From assembly GCF_008831285.2 (NCBI RefSeq), contig NC_045138.2, forward strand, positions 744,001 to 808,000: 64,000 nt of DNA, written 5' to 3'. The notes under the pieces were generated by a model. That model saw only the letters and a program-made list of their open reading frames with translations. It did no database searches and had not been told where the DNA came from. The position numbers and the translations under genes are program-made. This DNA is from Nymphaea colorata. Taxonomy: Eukaryota. The first letter of the stretch is position 1. Every line of letters begins with the position of its first letter. Below are positions 27,101 through 39,627 of this stretch, in pieces.

Positions 27101-27679
27101 TTCCAATTCTAGTTTCCCTTTGATAGTATGGAATTTTGATTTTAGAATTAAAAATTATGTGTTTGATAAAACAAGAATTAAAATTCTGAGATTGGTGTAT
27201 TAAAATCATCACGGCATGTGCCCTAAAGAGAGAAGAAAAGCTTTTAATCCCTTCAACAATGAGTCTATAATTCAAGAATGACCCAGCAGGTACGGACAAA
27301 ATAACATTTAAAATTGTTTTTTAAAATGTTCTTAAAGGCAAAAGGTAATTTTAGTATGCGTACCGATTCAGACGAAAGGACATTGCCTTCTATTTATGTG
27401 GTGTGGTTAGGTTCCAATATTCACATAATTGGTAATTTTTTCAGATTTTTGTTTTGTTTAATTATTTAGCCTTCATTGATCTAATTTTATGAAACAAACA
27501 CTTCATTAAAGATTTGGTACATTGTTATAATGTCTGCAAAATTCAAATATGTTTACAAGACTTAAATCAAACACAAGAGAGAAAGAAAAGAGACGACAAA
27601 ATGCAAAAACATTCATATTTAACCAAAAAAAAAAAAAGTTTCAATCTGTCACCGATTTGAAACACTAAAACGTTTCAAA

Positions 27680-27840
27680 TAACCTTGTTCCAAGACGGTA
27701 TCTTAACTCCTCCGGCAGATGGAGTGCAGGACATGACTCAATCCACAACCATTGAAGGTTGGAGAGGCAGGCGATCTGTTGTTGCTGTGCATCGGAGGGA
27801 CATGTTGTTCCATTTTGTTGTTGTTGAGGAGTGATATCAT
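27680..27840 (-). pseudogene. NLR 3'-terminal fragment (last LRR)
   Basis: Reverse strand reads DITPQQQQNGTTCPSDAQQQQIACLSNLQWLWIESCPALHLPEELRYRLGTRL, matching the C-termini of both NLRs. It is flanked by the same 3' flank (27005-27640 resembles 12445-13680). The rest of the gene is absent. Confidence 0.85.
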
Positions 27841-28210
27841 TTATAAGTCAACTAGTGGTTAAAATATATAATTTCTGCATTATTAAAATTATCTTCCCAA
27901 GGTTTTTTGAAATGACATAAAATTAATTTGGATTAATTTATATAAGCATTTCGGTCAGTCGACCATAAATTAGATTAGGAAGATTTTTGGGCGGACTAAA
28001 AAATTAATCTCCCATGAAAATGGCAAAATGCAATAAGTAAAACAGTGTTAAGGGCCACTTGCTTTATATGGAATCCGTGAGTAACGGTGAAAGAAGGGGA
28101 GAGAAAAGCCGTTGGATGTAAAAGAACGTCCCCCATTGGAAGTAGGTGACTTAGTGCAAAAATTCCATACGAACAACCACTCTGGCACCCTTTTTAATTT
28201 GAAGCTTCAG

Positions 28211-28810
28211 TAGGCCTGGGCGTCGGGCCGAGCCTCCATCGGGTACCCGGCCCGGTCGGGCCCGGGTCTGGCCGGGAAAACCGGGTCCCGGGCCGGGCCG
28301 GGGCCAGATGAAGCAGCCCGGGTCGGCCCGGCCGGACCTGATGCGGCCCGTTCTCCCGCTCCCCCTTCCCCTCCTCCTCCTCCAAGTCCCGCTCCTCCTC
28401 CGTCTCCTGCTCCCCTCCCGTCTCCCACTCCCTCTTTTTCCCTTTTTCTCCCGTGTCGCATCATCGGCAGTAGCACCTCAGCCGGTCCGGTGCTCAACCC
28501 ACGAACCGCCGCCGCCTTCTTCACCTTATCCTCTTCTGCCTCCTCCTTCGCCTTGCGATCATGCCGACTGTTCGATCTTCGGCATATCCGTTCGATCGCC
28601 TCCAATATGTTCTCAAAGTCCGTGGAGTCGGCCGACCATTCGTCCCACGATTGCGATGCCCAAGAGGGGGAGCAGGAAGGGGAGCGGGAGGGAGATGGAG
28701 GCCGGCACGCCCGACTGCGGGGACGGCGACATCGACAGGGACGGCTGCATCATGGGGCGCTCGGCCAGGTCGCCAATGGGCCGGGCTGGGACCCTAACCT
28801 AACCTTGAGG
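28211..28810 (+). mobile_element. GC-rich terminus of a larger hAT-like element (no transposase seen)
   Basis: Begins TAGGCCTGGGCGTCGGGCCG, nearly identical to the reverse complement of the 8541 MITE end (TAAGGCTGGGCGTCGGGCCG). Dense GGCCCG repeats follow, then a CG-rich low-complexity tract. Confidence 0.6.
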
Positions 28811-28906
28811 GAGGGGAGAAATGTTCCTAATTAATTCATGTGTTCTTCACATATTTGGATTTGAATTGATATTTGAACATGATTAAAGAAACTGTTAAAT
28901 TTTCTT

Positions 28907-28910
<4 letters not shown>

Positions 28911-28974
<64 letters not shown>
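28911..28974. repeat. (TA)n(TG)n microsatellite
   Basis: Visible dinucleotide runs. Confidence 0.95.
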
Positions 28975-29379
28975 TAATCGACATTTTAATGTGTGCATGG
29001 TCATAAAATATTATTTAAATAGAATCCAAAGCCAAGTTAATCGAGGAACTTATTTAAAACTGCATATCATGAATATGAATCCAATATGATTTCTTAATTT
29101 GATGCTACATATGTTTTTTCTATATCTAAGTTTTCAAAGGAGTCATATTAACATTCAATATATTGAGATTCCTACGAGGAATCGGATCTAATGCAGCTAA
29201 CAGTGCTATACCATTTGCAGTTAACCAGGATGTCAGTTCTTTGGGTTAAAAAAATACCTGACCCGCCTCTGTTTAGATGTGCTTGGTAAGAAAAATAAGA
29301 TTTAATTAAATTTTGAGTTTTGACTCTAAACCCAGGATCAAAACCTGTAAGAAACCGGTTCACTGAGGACTTCGTCTCC

Positions 29380-31395
29380 CTATCCAAATCCGAACCCAAG
29401 ATTGGTGGCTTCAACTTTTTGAACTTGCAATATGAATGGTTGGGCAAAAGGTTTAACCAAATGCCCCAACTTAAAGTTATTAGAGAAGAAGAATATAAAT
29501 TGTATATGAAGGTATAATATAAATTAAGAGGCAATGGCTAGCATAAAGTTACATATAATAATAATCAAATAGTTATCATATACCTTATTTATCTTAAAGT
29601 CACATAAAACTACTTAATTAATAATTCATGTATTTAAACATTTTTGTGCAAACAAGCAAATTATTATAGTTAAGGCATCAACTAAAGAGGATATCTTAAA
29701 TAATGTATTTATTTAATTAAAAAAATTTATATAAAGAAATTTTCAATAAAATAAGTATCTTTAAAAATATGAAAATTAATTGCAAATAAATATGTTTAAT
29801 ATGAAAGAGATGATGAACTCATAAAAAAGTTTTATTTATCAAATTATCTATTATTTATTTAATTAATCAAATAAATTATTTTGTATAATCATATAATATT
29901 CCAAAAGTCTTAGGTATTTAATATATAACACATAATTCACAAATTTACAAAAACATTTAACTAGTAGGAAAACAATAAATTGTTTGATTTAATAAACTAT
30001 ATGATTTGATTAAATAATACAAATTTATAAAAAAAACACTTATTACAATAAAACTAAGAGGACTAACCCAAAAAGTTAGTGAGGATGTGGAAGAATGAAA
30101 GGTTGACATCATTAAAACACTCTTTTACATATATAAAGCAAGAGTCTTTTAATTAACTCAATGAAATTAGAAAAAACCATTAAATAATGTCTTTTTTTAA
30201 TGAGAAACAATATAGGTCACTTGATTTAATAATTTTCAATAAGTAATTATCATTAAATAATAGTTTACTCCATCAAAATATGTTATTATTTAAAAATAAT
30301 CAAATCAAGATTCTATATACACGATTAATATGAAAAACATGTTATGAAAAAAATATACAAATCATATGAAAAACTTGTGGAAAAAATATGAAGTTTTTTT
30401 TATTATTTTTAATTAAATAAATATATTATTTAAGGTTTCCTGCTAAAATACATGGTGAAGAAGCTTTCATACTTTCGTCATAAAAATTGTGAATATTGAA
30501 CATTAATTGGTTTATTTTTAACTAATAACATAACATATTTTAATTGAGTAAACTATTATTTCATATTGATCGCTTATTGTGAATTAAAAGACATTATTTA
30601 ATGATTTTTTCTCATTTTATTGAGTTATTTGAAATAATTTGTGTTACACCCGTAAAAAGAGTTTTTAATAATATATCAAATAATTTATTAGTCATCTTAC
30701 CTTTATTACAATAATTATTTTTTACATAAAATAGTTTATTAAATCGAACAATTTGTTGTTTTCCTAATAGTTAAAGGCTTTTGTTTACAAATTTGTGAAT
30801 TTTGTGTTATATATCAAATACCTAAGATTTTTGGACATACTATATGATTATACAAAATGATTTTCTTGATTGATTAAATAAATAATTTTTAATTTCATAA
30901 ATTAAAATTTTTTTATGAGTTCAAGAGTTTTTTCATATTAAATATATCTACGTGCGATTAATTTTTATATTTTTAAAAATACTAATTTTATTGAAATTTC
31001 TTTATAGAAGTTTTTTATTATTATTTTTAATTAAATAAATACATTATTTAAGATATTTTGTTTAGTTGATGCCTTGACTATAATAGTTTTCTTGTTTACA
31101 CAAAAACGTTTAATTAAATATAATATTAATTATCTATTAATTGGTTTTATATGATATAGTTTTAAATATTTTAAGTTCAATGTTATACATAGTAATTATA
31201 TGACTATTATTATATGCAATTTCATAAAAACCATCGGCTCTTAATCAGATTATACATTCATATACAGTTTATATTTTTACCTATCATAATTTTAAGTTGG
31301 TGCGCTTGGTTAGAACTTTTGTCTAACCATTCATAGGTCAGAACTTCAAAACTTGGGGAAACCAATTCAAGCTCTCTCAAGTTCGGAATCGGATG
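29380..31395. mobile_element. ~2 kb AT-rich foldback (long inverted repeat) element
   Basis: Arm ~29380-30290 is the diverged reverse complement of ~30525-31395. For example, TATGAATGGTTGGGCAAAAGGTTTAACCAA at 29431 matches TTGGTTAGAACTTTTGTCTAACCATTCATA at 31306, and AAATAATAGTTTACTC at 30255 matches GAGTAAACTATTATTT at 30546. Confidence 0.8.
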
Positions 31396-33731
31396 TGAAC
31401 ACTTGCGTTTCGAATTCGGATATCAACTCACGGTTCAGAATCAGATATCCATCAGTAATTTGGATTCGGATATCAACTCAAGAATCAGATCCGTTGACAT
31501 CTGTAGCAACTTTTATTTCAGTTTCAAAAGGGATAAAAACCAGGTTAATAAATTACTAACTCCCTTAGTAAGTCTTCAAAATGTTTTTTGTAATCTTCAA
31601 CACAACACTACACTTTCTCAGTGTTACAATCCACCCGCTTAAGATATATATGTCCATGTGTTTGGGACTCCAGATCTGAATGTTAAACTTGCTCTAATGT
31701 TATTATAACATTCCACTCCACTCCTACCTCAGGCTGATGCTCCTAAATGGTGGATCCAATCTGCCTCTTAGTAGCTTTGATTCATGCGTCAAAAAGATTA
31801 GCAACCCAGACAATCAATCACTCAACCATTATTCATTTTAAGCTCTTCAAAGCCTATTATTATCTTTGACATGTGACTATTTAAATTTGTGGGGTGTTAT
31901 AAAACTTGATCAAAAGTAAAATTTAGATCTTAAGCTGGGAGTGAACTTCAATAAAGTCAAGTTTCAATCCAAACAAAATTAGGTAAATTAGATCCAAACC
32001 AGACCCATTGACGTGCACCTTTTTGCAACCCCAGTGGTACTATGTATATATATATATATATATATATTTGTGTGTGCAACAGAAAAGGGCGAAGGTGGGC
32101 CGAACCGATTTTCAGTTTCATCTCAGCCGTCCATTTTCTTTGACAGGTGGTGATGAGGTGAAGGAATTAACCACTTGTAGATTTTATATACGGTCACGTT
32201 AAATGCGTTTCGCTTCGCTAAATTTCCATCTTCTTTTTTTTTACCCTAAATTGAAAGTTTGTTTCTAAGTACATGTAATTTCTTTTTTCCTATATACTTA
32301 ATTTCAACAGCTCACAGGAATATATGTGAAACTTCTGGAACGCATACTCATTTGGACAAAGAACATATTGTAAAATATAATATATAACGAAGCTATTTTC
32401 TCTCTTTTAAACAAATAAATTAATTGAACAAAGTTAAGGTTGATTTGGTAGCATTTACAAGTCAACTATACGTGATATGTGTTTTTCCAAGAAAATGTTG
32501 TTGGACAAGTTAAAGGTTATATATTATTTAAATATATAATTTACGCATTATATTGAAATGATCTTCCCTGAGTTTTTTTTGAAATGACATTAATTTCTTA
32601 ACTATTTCCGTCTATCCACGATTAATTTACAGAAGCATTTTGGTCCTTCAACCACAAAGTACATTAAAAAAATTTTAGTCCGACTAAAAAAAAATTAATC
32701 CCCCAGAAAATGGCAAAAATGCAATATATCAATAGTTTTACGGGCAAAACTTGCATTACGTGGAATCCGTGAGTGACGGCGAAAGAGGGGAGAGAAAAAC
32801 GGTTGGATGTAAAAGAACGGCCTCGTTAACTTCCCGTGAGGTGGGACCCACGTCTAAGCAGGTGGCGCAATGCAAAAAAAGTCACATGGGGCCCATGCAC
32901 AAACAGATCGGATCAGAGTTAATTAGTTGGACCCGATATTATCTTACAAAGTTTTCATGTGGTTATAGGAAATCTTTTTATGTTGAGCAAAAGTGAATGT
33001 TGAACAAATCTTTTTATGTTGATAAACATTTTGTGTTTGGTAATAGGATTGCTTCCTTCTTTGGAACATAGTGTTCCGCAAATTAATGTGTTGTAAAAAC
33101 AAACAAAAAAAATGGATAAATGGAACAGTGGGTTTCAATAGCATTCCTGTTACCAAGCACCCTCCAAATGAGTGGATCTCTAATAAAAATAGCAAGGCTT
33201 GAGGGCCTCAGTCTCAGTTCTGACTTGACATCAACATATTGGAGATGTATCAATTACAAAGTTTGTGATGTAATCGGTGCATATATATATATATATATAT
33301 GTAGACAATCCTAAGGCCAATGTGGAGAACCAAAAGCTTGATCTTGAACCTCCAAGATTTCAAGATCTGGGATGTCAAGATTTCAAGATCTGGTATTTTA
33401 TCGTCGGCTAATTAATCGGGGCCTTTGTGCATCAATTAATGGATGTAAAACAAAATAATATTTAAAAATGGTTTTTTAAAAGCTTCTTAAAGGAAAAAGG
33501 TAATTTAATAGTATCTGTTGTACCGATTCAAAGCCGACGGTTCTATTTGAGCCAAACAGCACCACATTTATCATTTATACATGTTATGTTAGCTGCTGGT
33601 ATTCACATATGTTTTCAATTACAAAACTCACCAGTTTAGTTCAATTTACTTTACTGAACCCAAATCAAACAAGAGGGAGAGAGAAAGAAGAGACGTAACG
33701 AAATGGAAACACACTTATTTAACCAAAATAA

Positions 33732-36700
33732 TTAATATATGTGTAATCTTTTCCCAAGACGGTCCCTTAACTCCTGCGGCAGATGGAGTGCTGGACATGA
33801 GCGAATCCACAACCTTTGAAGGTTGGAGAGGCAGGCGATCTGTTGTTGTTGTTGCTGTGCATCGGAGGAACAATTGATGGTTCCATTTTGTTGTTGTTGG
33901 GCAGTCATAGTATTATTCACCTCCACCACAGACTTCAGATTGGGGAAGTCATAAAGATCTAGGTATCTCAGTTTTGGGAGGCAATGCCAGTGGCCTCCCA
34001 CGCTGATGTCCTCAGAGAAACCATCTAGGCACAATTCCTTCAGTTGGGAGAGACCCCACACCCACTGAGGCACCCTTCCCCATTTGACCTCCTCAACATT
34101 AGTGTTGTCTCTCAAATACAGAAGTTTAAGGGAGGGTCTTCTGTAAGGGAGGGTAGAACTGTGGATACCTGTGATGGCAATGGCGATGGCACTAGTACTG
34201 TTGATTTTGAATCCAACCACAACTGAATGAGGTTAGGCAGCTGCTCAAGCAATTTCCATCCCAATCTTGCACTTGGGCAATTCAACACTGACAGCACTTG
34301 GAGCCCTGCCAACTCATCACTCAAGCCTTCTATCTTCATCTTTGGACAATTGTGAAAGCACACCTCTCTTAAGCATGGCATAGAAGTACATGTTGGTTCC
34401 CAGTTGGGCAAATCAATCATAATCAACGTCTTTACAGCTGGCATGTCACCAATCGTGTTGAGCCCATCACACTTCTCAATCTCCAATGACTCTTCAGCCT
34501 ACCACAATAGTTCACAGCCAACGACTTGAGGTTTGGCAAGTCACCAATCGTCTTGAGCCCATCACACCTCTCAATCTCCAAGGACTTCAACAAAGGCATG
34601 CTCGGCAATTTAAGCAATGTTGGGCAGTCCCTCACCTCCAATTCTTTCAATGATTTAATTCCTATCACTGCTGCCCACGATGGGCAACGTTCTAGGCGCA
34701 GCATCCGCAGCTCCTCATAATTGGTGTCCAAATACCACGCAGGCCTAGTGTCTCCTTTATAACTACCAATTACCAACCTCTCTATGCCATGTGGAGGTTC
34801 CAAAGCCTCCAGCAAACCCTTCTGCTCAGAAGCACTACCCACTTTGTCATCCTCTCCCACCTTGAACACCAATTTCACACCTTTTAGCTCATGCTTGTCC
34901 TTAAGATGTGCCTTCTTTGCATCCATCACTTTCACTCTTCCACCCCACAAACCTTCAATCCACAATTCTCCCTTTAGTTTCTTCAAGTCTTTTAGTTCAT
35001 TAATATTGCAACCTCTTGTCTTCCCTTTGTCATCGCATACCATAAACCTATGCAAGGTCCATAAATTAGTAAGCTTCCCCAGACCTTCAGCTACAAATTG
35101 CAATTCCCTTGTATCTTTCAGCCCGAGATACCTCAAGTTGCACAGTTTGCCCATTTCCTTGGGCAACTCTTCAATGTTACTATCACTTAAATCCAATGTT
35201 TGCAAGTTATAGAGTCTGCCGATTGAATCGGGCAACCGTTTCACATGAGAACCGCTAAGATCAAGATATTTTACAAGTGAAAGATCTTCAATGGACTTTG
35301 GCAACTCATGAATATTTTGACATCCCCTCAATGACAACACCCTCAGCCACTTGAAATTGGTCAAGTGCTCGGAAGGCAATGACTTAATCAACAACGTACG
35401 CAGCTTATGTGTTGTGGCTGTGGCATTACGCATGGCCTCTTCTACATCGTCTATAGCAAGTAATGACATATGGCGTGTGCGTTGAGAAATAGAGGCATGG
35501 CTATATTCCTCTCCACCTATGTATGAGGCAAGGTCATGCAAAATGTCATGCAATTTAAGTTGAGAGCCATGAAAATAATGATTATTTTCTTCAATCAAAC
35601 ACCGCCTTATCAAATCTTGAATGTACTGGTTTGCTGTCGCTTCCACATCTATGTGTTTCTTTTCCTCAATCAATCCGTGTGCCACCCATTGCATGATCAA
35701 TCTCTCCCTTTCAATCTCATAATCCTTTGGATAAATGCAGCAATACACAAAACAACTCTTCAAATAATATGGCAAGTCATCGTAGCTTAGTATGAGACCA
35801 GGAAGTATATCGCCGCCTATTTCAGACGTCGATGATGAGGCTGCAGGCCTCTTCCATTCCCATATCTTACTATCATCGACGGACTTCCAGTCCTCCCTAC
35901 TCATTTGCTTCGTAAGCATCATGGACCCTACTGTCTTAATCACAAGTGGCAACCCACCACACTTCTTGACTATGCTCACTCCAACTTCTTTGATATTATG
36001 CATCACCAAATCTTGTTCTATTTGGCCTTCTCTTAATGCCACGTTCAGAAACAGGGCCCAACTTTGCTGAAAATTAAATTCTCGTAATTCAAGCATATAA
36101 GAAGCATGCAACTCATCTGATACATTTTTGTTTCTACTGGTAATCAAAATATTGCTCCCCATTACACCCGTCATCAATGTTCCCTCTACCTCTTCCTCCC
36201 ACCATTTTGTTTCCCACACATCATCTAAGACCAACAAAAATTTCTCCTTTGACAGCTCGTTCCGTAATTGTGTGCACAACTCATTCAAGGAACTATCGTC
36301 TTCTTTAGATTTCTTCTGCACTTCCTTCAGTATTTTCAGTAACAAATCCTTACCGTTTGGCCTTTCTGAAACACAAACCCACCATCTACGTTTCCCAAAA
36401 TGTTCTTCAGTTTCTTTAAAGACCATTTTTGCAAGAGTTGTTTTGCCGATTCCGCCTTTTCCTACAATAGAAATAATAGAAACACCACCCCTTTGTGTTT
36501 TACTACTCTTTGTAGAGTCATTTGGCAAGAGCCTTTTCACTATCTCCTTTTTATCATCCCCCCTACCTATGGGTGGTTGTACACCCATGTGATGGCTTGT
36601 CTCTCGGGGGTTGTCATGTTTACCATCAACAGAGTCCTCACCACCCCCTTTTGGTGTTGTTTTGAGTGGATGTACCATTTCCCAATTTTTTTTTATTTCA

Positions 36701-37116
36701 TCAAGCCTTTCATTGATTTTCTTAGTTTCATTAGAAAATTTGTAGGAAGCATGCACATCCTTGAAACAAGAGCATAGAGTGATCCAGGGCTTTCTTACCT
36801 TGTTCCATAAAGTTAAAGAATCCTTCTCCCTTTTGCTGAGCTTAATTTTGGTTTGGTACTTTTCGATGATGTCTTGAGCATCGTAAAAAACATCCTTCAG
36901 CTCTCCCTCTAGATATTTGTCGCACTCGCTGCTGAAAAAGGGCTTGCGATCTGCATCCTTAAGGGCCACCTCCAAGCGTTTCAGCTTCCTATCGAGCTTC
37001 TTGAGTTCGTCTTTGGCATTCAAGATGAGGTCCACCTCTTCTCTCAACAAACTGGTTACAGCCTCCAATAGAATAGAAATAGCTTTTTCTGCAAGTGCTT
37101 CGATTACTATTGCCAT
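33732..37116 (-). pseudogene. CC-NB-ARC-LRR (CNL) copy 2; 894-aa open frame with two frameshifts in the C-terminal LRRs (truncated gene or pseudogene)
   Basis: ORF 37116-34432 has a complete CC, NB-ARC and most LRRs. The LRR reading continues in other frames (34486-34112, 34220-33732), homologous to the copy-1 C-terminus. Breaks at ~34490 and at a 17-bp insertion at 34127-34154. Confidence 0.9.
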
Positions 37117-37574
37117 CTTCCCTGCTTTTTCAGTAGATGCAAGAGCGAAGAGGATGAGAAATTTTCAAGAGGAGAGGAAAAACAGCAAAGAACTAAAGAT
37201 AAAGACCAGGCTGCCAACAACTATAGTCAAATGTGGAAGTATGTCTTCCCAGTACATGGGAAGCCTTCTCTTTTAAGTCAAAAAACCTTTTTTTTTTCAT
37301 TTTAATAAAAGGAAAAGAAAATGAAAATGAAAAAGCAACCTCATTTTTTTCATCGTGGGTTACATGATTAGATATAACATGCTGAATTTTTGTGGCCACT
37401 TGATAATGGAGTCCTATCTGTTGTTGTTCTGTCTTAGTTTTTTTTTTTAACAGCTAGCAGGAGAAGATGATTTGTAATTACATTCTTTATTCTTTTTCTT
37501 TCTTGAATAAATGGAAGGGGAATTCCCAGCTCGCTTTCAGCAAAAAAATTGGGCGATGATCGTAAACATATTTA

Positions 37575-37957
37575 AGGAACGTTTGATGTCTTAGATTTTT
37601 CTGAATCAAATTTCCTTCTCAACAAAGAATTGGAATGTCAAATTCCAGTTCCAACTCTCCTTTGAGTTTGATAGTATGAAATTTTGATTGTAGAGTTGAA
37701 AGTCACTTGTCTGATGAAAGAAGAAACAAAATTATAGAATTCATGAATTAAGGCCTTCGTGGATTGTGGCCCAATTCCAGAAAATGCTAGAATCATAATT
37801 TCACTCCACCCTTAAAGTGGGATCATAATTCTAGCATATAATTTCATAATCAAAGTTCTTTACTTGTTACCAGAATTCTCAGCACCCGTTCATCGAAAAG
37901 AATGAGAATAATGATTCTAGTGTTCCATTGATTCCAAGTGAATCAAACGGCCCCCAC
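37575..37957. mobile_element. Tourist/PIF-like MITE
   Basis: Termini GGAACGTTTGAT / ATCAAACGGCCC. Related copies at ~12478-12840 and 27037-27240, and a truncated one at 17775-17855. Confidence 0.55.
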
Positions 37958-37999
37958 AGTTACCCTATGAAACTCTAGTCAATATCAAGGAAGTCAGAA

Positions 38000-38365
38000 A
38001 CAAGAGGGCTGTATTTCGATTACAACCAAAAGACAACACCCACAATCACTTGAAATTGGTCAAGTGGTGGAGCCAAAAACTTTTTGCTATAGGGCACTGC
38101 TATAGAAATTTTCATTTGTGAAGAATAATTGTAAGAAATCTATGTAAAAATAAATAAAAATTTTGTTGCCCACACCATCTCATATGTAGCTATATGTAGC
38201 TACAGCTACTACATTATGCATGGTCTCTTCTACATTGTCTAGAGCACTAATGACATATATCGTGTGTGTTGAGAAGTTGAGGCATGGCTATGTTCCTCTC
38301 CACCTATATATGAGGCAAGGTCATGCAAAATGTCATGCAATATAAGACGAGGGCCATAAAATGAC
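38000..38365 (-). pseudogene. Internal NLR fragment (LHD motif to first LRR) interrupted by a small MITE-like insert
   Basis: 38210-38345 reverse reads LHDILHDLASYIGGEEHSHASTSQHTRYMSL..DNVEETMHN. 38032-38066 matches LTNFKWLRVLS of copy 2. About 140 bp of unrelated sequence (38067-38205) lies between them. Confidence 0.8.
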
Positions 38366-39592
38366 TCATTGTTTCAAGTGCAAAAAACCTGGTCCGGACC
38401 TAGACTGAGCTTATTTGGACACATTTTTAAGTGCAAAAACCTTGAATTAGGGTCGGATAAATTTGATATCAAGATCCAGTTAGATAACTATTATCCAGCC
38501 AGATTTTTATTTTATACCAAGTCTGAATCCAAATTCGATTGGCTGCCAGTTTCTAAAACCCAACCTGATCTTATTTCCTAGTTGGATACCAATTTTTTCA
38601 CTATCCAATTTATTTAAAGCAATGTGGTCAAATATTAGATCCATTTACATCCCTAATTAGTTGCCTCTTAGAAGTTCCAAGTGAACTAATTGGTTGCCTC
38701 TTAGAAGTTTCAAGTGAAGTGTTAGTGCCCCTTAGCAAGAAATATCGGAACCTGGCCACTGCATGATCTCAATATCATTGCTTTAATACAATTCAATTTT
38801 TTGAAACATAAAATTATTTTTAGCTCCATGGATACTGATATACTATAAATAGCTGGCTTTGGACGCCCTCTGTTTTCTTTCAATACATTATGTAAATAAA
38901 TGTTCTTGTAAGATAAAGTAACGAGATATGATTACTCGATTTGCTTTAATTATATGGTTTTTAATTTATTAATTTTGACGCAGCAAGCACCAAAGAAATG
39001 ACGTTTACAGACACAAGGTTTGGATCAATTTGTTTTTCATTTAATTTTTTCCATCAATTGGCCTTTAAAAATACGAATTTGGAATTAGACTAATAAAGGG
39101 ACCCGGAGAATGGCAATCGATGAATGAAAAAAGGTAAAAGAAGCAAGAAGAAGAAATACTTTCTCTTACCGGATGGGCAGACTGAAGCTCCTCACAACTA
39201 CTGCTCTTCCTTGATCTCACACAAAATCTCTCTTCACACAAAATCTCTCTTCACAAGGACAAATCGTCAATGCGACAAACTGAAGGGAAGATGTGGTGCC
39301 TTTTGTATCTTTCTAAAGGCGGTCCCATTCTCTTCCCGACCTTGCGTGGCGTATGGCCAGCGAAAGAAAGATACCTCATCAAATCATATTCGAACTGAAT
39401 GTATGGCATTACCTTATTTTCGATATCTCATTTTCATTTAACATGATCGAAGCCTGAATCCAACTTTCAATTATATAATGAAATCCATATTATATTTTTA
39501 TATGTGAAAGCAAGGACAAATCTAGAAATTTTTTTTGTTGCAGAAACCAAACTATAGTTTCAAAATTTTAACAGGGCCAAAATAAACATTTT

Positions 39593-39627
<35 letters not shown>

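Noticed and set aside
28194..28834. Multiple overlapping ORFs of 63-164 aa
   Set aside because: GC-rich low-complexity TE end; no recognisable domain.
39331..39352. TTCCCGACCT resembling a miR168 complementary site
   Set aside because: Only the miRNA 3' half matches; no pairing to the 5' region.
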